Source of the DNA: a virus | Reading direction: 5' to 3' (one strand) | Virus record (IMG/VR): IMGVR_UViG_3300020029_000031 | Span: 1-5,134 of that record | DNA: 5,134 nucleotides | Shown here: positions 3,420 through 5,134 of the stretch, piece after piece | How the letters are laid out: the number at the start of each line of letters is the position of its first letter | Numbering within the stretch: the stretch's first letter is position 1 | Position numbers and translations under genes: made by a program | Notes under the pieces: model-generated | What the model saw: only the letters and a program-made list of their open reading frames with translations | The model's database searches: none | What the model was told of the DNA's origin: nothing

Positions 3420-5134
3420 TTGGCTCGAAAAATTAGAGTTCGAGGTCATCGCTTCAGCGATGCTCCTGCAATGTATATGCGGCGGACGAAATTCGACCGC
3501 TCGCACGTCTATAAGACAACTTTCAATTCAGGTAAGCTCATACCTGTCTTCGTTGACGAGGTATTGCCTGGCGACACTACTAGGATGTCTGTCAATTACT
3601 TCGCTCGATTAGCTACTCCTATTAAGCCTATTATGGATAATATATATCTGGACTGGTTTTTCTTTTTCGTTCCCAATCGCCTAGTTTGGGACCACTGGCA
3701 GAACTTCTGCTTCGAGCAGGAAGACCCTGATGATAGTACTGATTATGTCATCCCTACTGTTACTGCTGCCAATAACTCCGATAATAGTTACGTAGGTTCA
3801 TTATGGGATTATTTCGGCCTGCCCGTGAATACGACTGGTAATTTGTCCGCCATTAATGCCCTTCCATTCCGCGCTGTCTATCTGATCTGGAACGAATGGT
3901 TCCGGGATGAAAATCTCCAGAAGTCGATCAAGATCCAGAAAGGCGATACCAATGAAGTATTGGATTCTTCTCGCGCTTCTGATCAGCCTTCTTGGGTCTT
4001 CACATCTGGTACCAGTATTGTTCCCGGCTTAGCCTGTCCTCCTCGCGGTAAGCGCCATGATTACTTCACTTCGGCATTGCCTTGGACGCAGAAGGGACCC
4101 GGTGTGTCTATAGGCCTTGCCGGTACCGCTACTCTAGTTGATCCTTCGCCTGTTTCAGGCTATTTCGTTCAACAATCCAATAACAGCTTAGGTGCTGCCC
4201 AGCTCCAGAAAGATGGTGGTGTGCATGATGTCTTCACTGGTAATGGTTCTTTAACCTATCAAAGTGGTGGTTATTCTACCTCCATAGCCGGTCACGCTAT
4301 TAATAGTTCTGGTACAGCTACTGTCACTGCCCAACCCGGTTCTTCATGGCTTTCTAAGTCTGCTTATGCTGATCTGGATTCTTCTAGCATTTTCACGATC
4401 AACAGTCTTCGCACTGCCTTTCAGATGCAGAAGTTCTACGAACGTCTTGCTCGCGGTGGTAGCCGGTACACAGAAGTGCTTCGCTCTTTCTTCGGCGTTG
4501 TTTCTCCGGACGCTCGTCTTCAGCGTCCGGAATTTCTCGGTTCCTTCACTAAGATGGTCAACGTCAATCCAATAGCGCAGACTTCCGCAACCGATGACAC
4601 CTCTCCTCAGGGCAATCTCTCTGCTTATGGCGTTACTGCGTCTAGATTCCATGGATTTACGAAATCTTTCGTCGAGCATGGCTACATTATAGGCTTCGTC
4701 TGTGCCCGTGCCGATCTAACTTATCAACAAGGTATCAATAAGATGTGGCTTCGTTCTACGGTATACGATTTCTATTGGCCGACATTCGCCCATCTTGGTG
4801 AGCAGGCTATTGAGCTTCGCGAGATCTATGCCCAAGGTACTGCAGCTGATACTACTGTTTTCGGGTACCAAGAGCGTTATGCCGAATACCGCTATAAACC
4901 TTCACAGATCACTGGCAAGTTCCGTAGTTCTGTAACTGGTGGTAATCTCGACGTATGGCACCTTTCACAGTTTTTCAGTAATGCTCCCACTCTGAATGAG
5001 GAATTCATTACGGAGAACCCACCTGTCAAGCGCATCGTTGCCGTTCAAGATGAGCCTGAATTCTTGCTCGACGTAGGCTTCCGTTATACTACTGTGCGTC
5101 CTATGCCTATGTTCGGTACGCCCGGCCTTGTCGA
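3420..5134 (+). CDS. VP1: Major capsid protein VP1 (F-like jelly-roll). Partial in the linear window; it continues at 1..131, giving 574 aa in total
   Basis: It is absent from the ORF track. I translated every codon of this frame from 3420 to 5134 and found no stop; the upstream in-frame stop is TAG 3390..3392. SD GAAGGTG (3408..3414) lies 5 nt before TTG 3420. Hallmark blocks are FDRSHVYKTTFNSGKLIPVFVDEVLPGDT, LDWFFFFVPNRLVWDHW, LPFRAVYLIWNEWFRDENL, RHDYFTSALPWTQKG, INSLRTAFQMQKFYERLARGGSRYTEVLRSFFGV, HGYIIGFVCARADLTYQQG and FGYQERYAEYRYKPSQITG. Confidence 0.93.
   Translation, partial: MARKIRVRGHRFSDAPAMYMRRTKFDRSHVYKTTFNSGKLIPVFVDEVLPGDTTRMSVNYFARLATPIKPIMDNIYLDWFFFFVPNRLVWDHWQNFCFEQEDPDDSTDYVIPTVTAANNSDNSYVGSLWDYFGLPVNTTGNLSAINALPFRAVYLIWNEWFRDENLQKSIKIQKGDTNEVLDSSRASDQPSWVFTSGTSIVPGLACPPRGKRHDYFTSALPWTQKGPGVSIGLAGTATLVDPSPVSGYFVQQSNNSLGAAQLQKDGGVHDVFTGNGSLTYQSGGYSTSIAGHAINSSGTATVTAQPGSSWLSKSAYADLDSSSIFTINSLRTAFQMQKFYERLARGGSRYTEVLRSFFGVVSPDARLQRPEFLGSFTKMVNVNPIAQTSATDDTSPQGNLSAYGVTASRFHGFTKSFVEHGYIIGFVCARADLTYQQGINKMWLRSTVYDFYWPTFAHLGEQAIELREIYAQGTAADTTVFGYQERYAEYRYKPSQITGKFRSSVTGGNLDVWHLSQFFSNAPTLNEEFITENPPVKRIVAVQDEPEFLLDVGFRYTTVRPMPMFGTPGLV
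5014..5134. repeat. Right copy of the exact 121-nt terminal redundancy
   Basis: It is identical to 1..121 and lies within the VP1 coding sequence. Confidence 0.95.

Larger units (their letters stand above)
1..5013 (+). mobile_element. One full unit of a circular Microviridae (gokushovirus-like) phage genome, 5013 nt
   Basis: The exact 121-nt overlap between the window ends (1..121 = 5014..5134) closes the circle. Gene content is VP1, VP2, VP3, VP4 and a J/VP8-like peptide, all on one strand and tightly packed. The size lies in the 4.4-6 kb range typical of the family. Confidence 0.9.

Noticed and set aside
3471-3473. ATG 3471 as the VP1 start instead of TTG 3420
   Set aside because: It has no SD-like sequence upstream, whereas TTG 3420 has GAAGGTG at 5-nt spacing. 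The 17 residues in between form a basic arm resembling the N-termini of related VP1 proteins. It is kept as an alternative in the VP1 finding.

Overview
The window is one complete circular ssDNA phage genome of the family Microviridae, gokushovirus-like, written out linearly with a wrap-around overlap. Bases 1..121 are identical to 5014..5134, so the true unit length is 5013 nt. All credible genes are on the + strand. In order they are: the VP1 C-terminus (wrap), VP2 DNA pilot protein, a 79-aa N-terminal transmembrane protein, a 36-aa arginine-rich VP8/J-like DNA-binding protein, VP4 HUH replication initiator, an 80-aa orphan ORF, a 96-aa VP5-like small protein, VP3 internal scaffold, and VP1 major capsid. 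Two genes are missing from the supplied ORF track. One is VP1, the largest gene: it uses a TTG start at 3420, runs off the window end and stops at 129..131 after circularisation. The other is the 36-aa basic protein at 1113..1223. By eye I also find three promoter candidates with one shared architecture (TTGACA, 14 nt, TGn, TAnnnT), and one intrinsic terminator that lies inside the leader of the late VP3-VP1-VP2 unit. The 124-nt VP3-VP1 intergenic region holds a long hairpin plus iteron-like AACCTAA repeats and is a candidate replication origin. There are no tRNA, rRNA, CRISPR or integrase signatures. All homology statements rest on remembered family motifs, not on searches.
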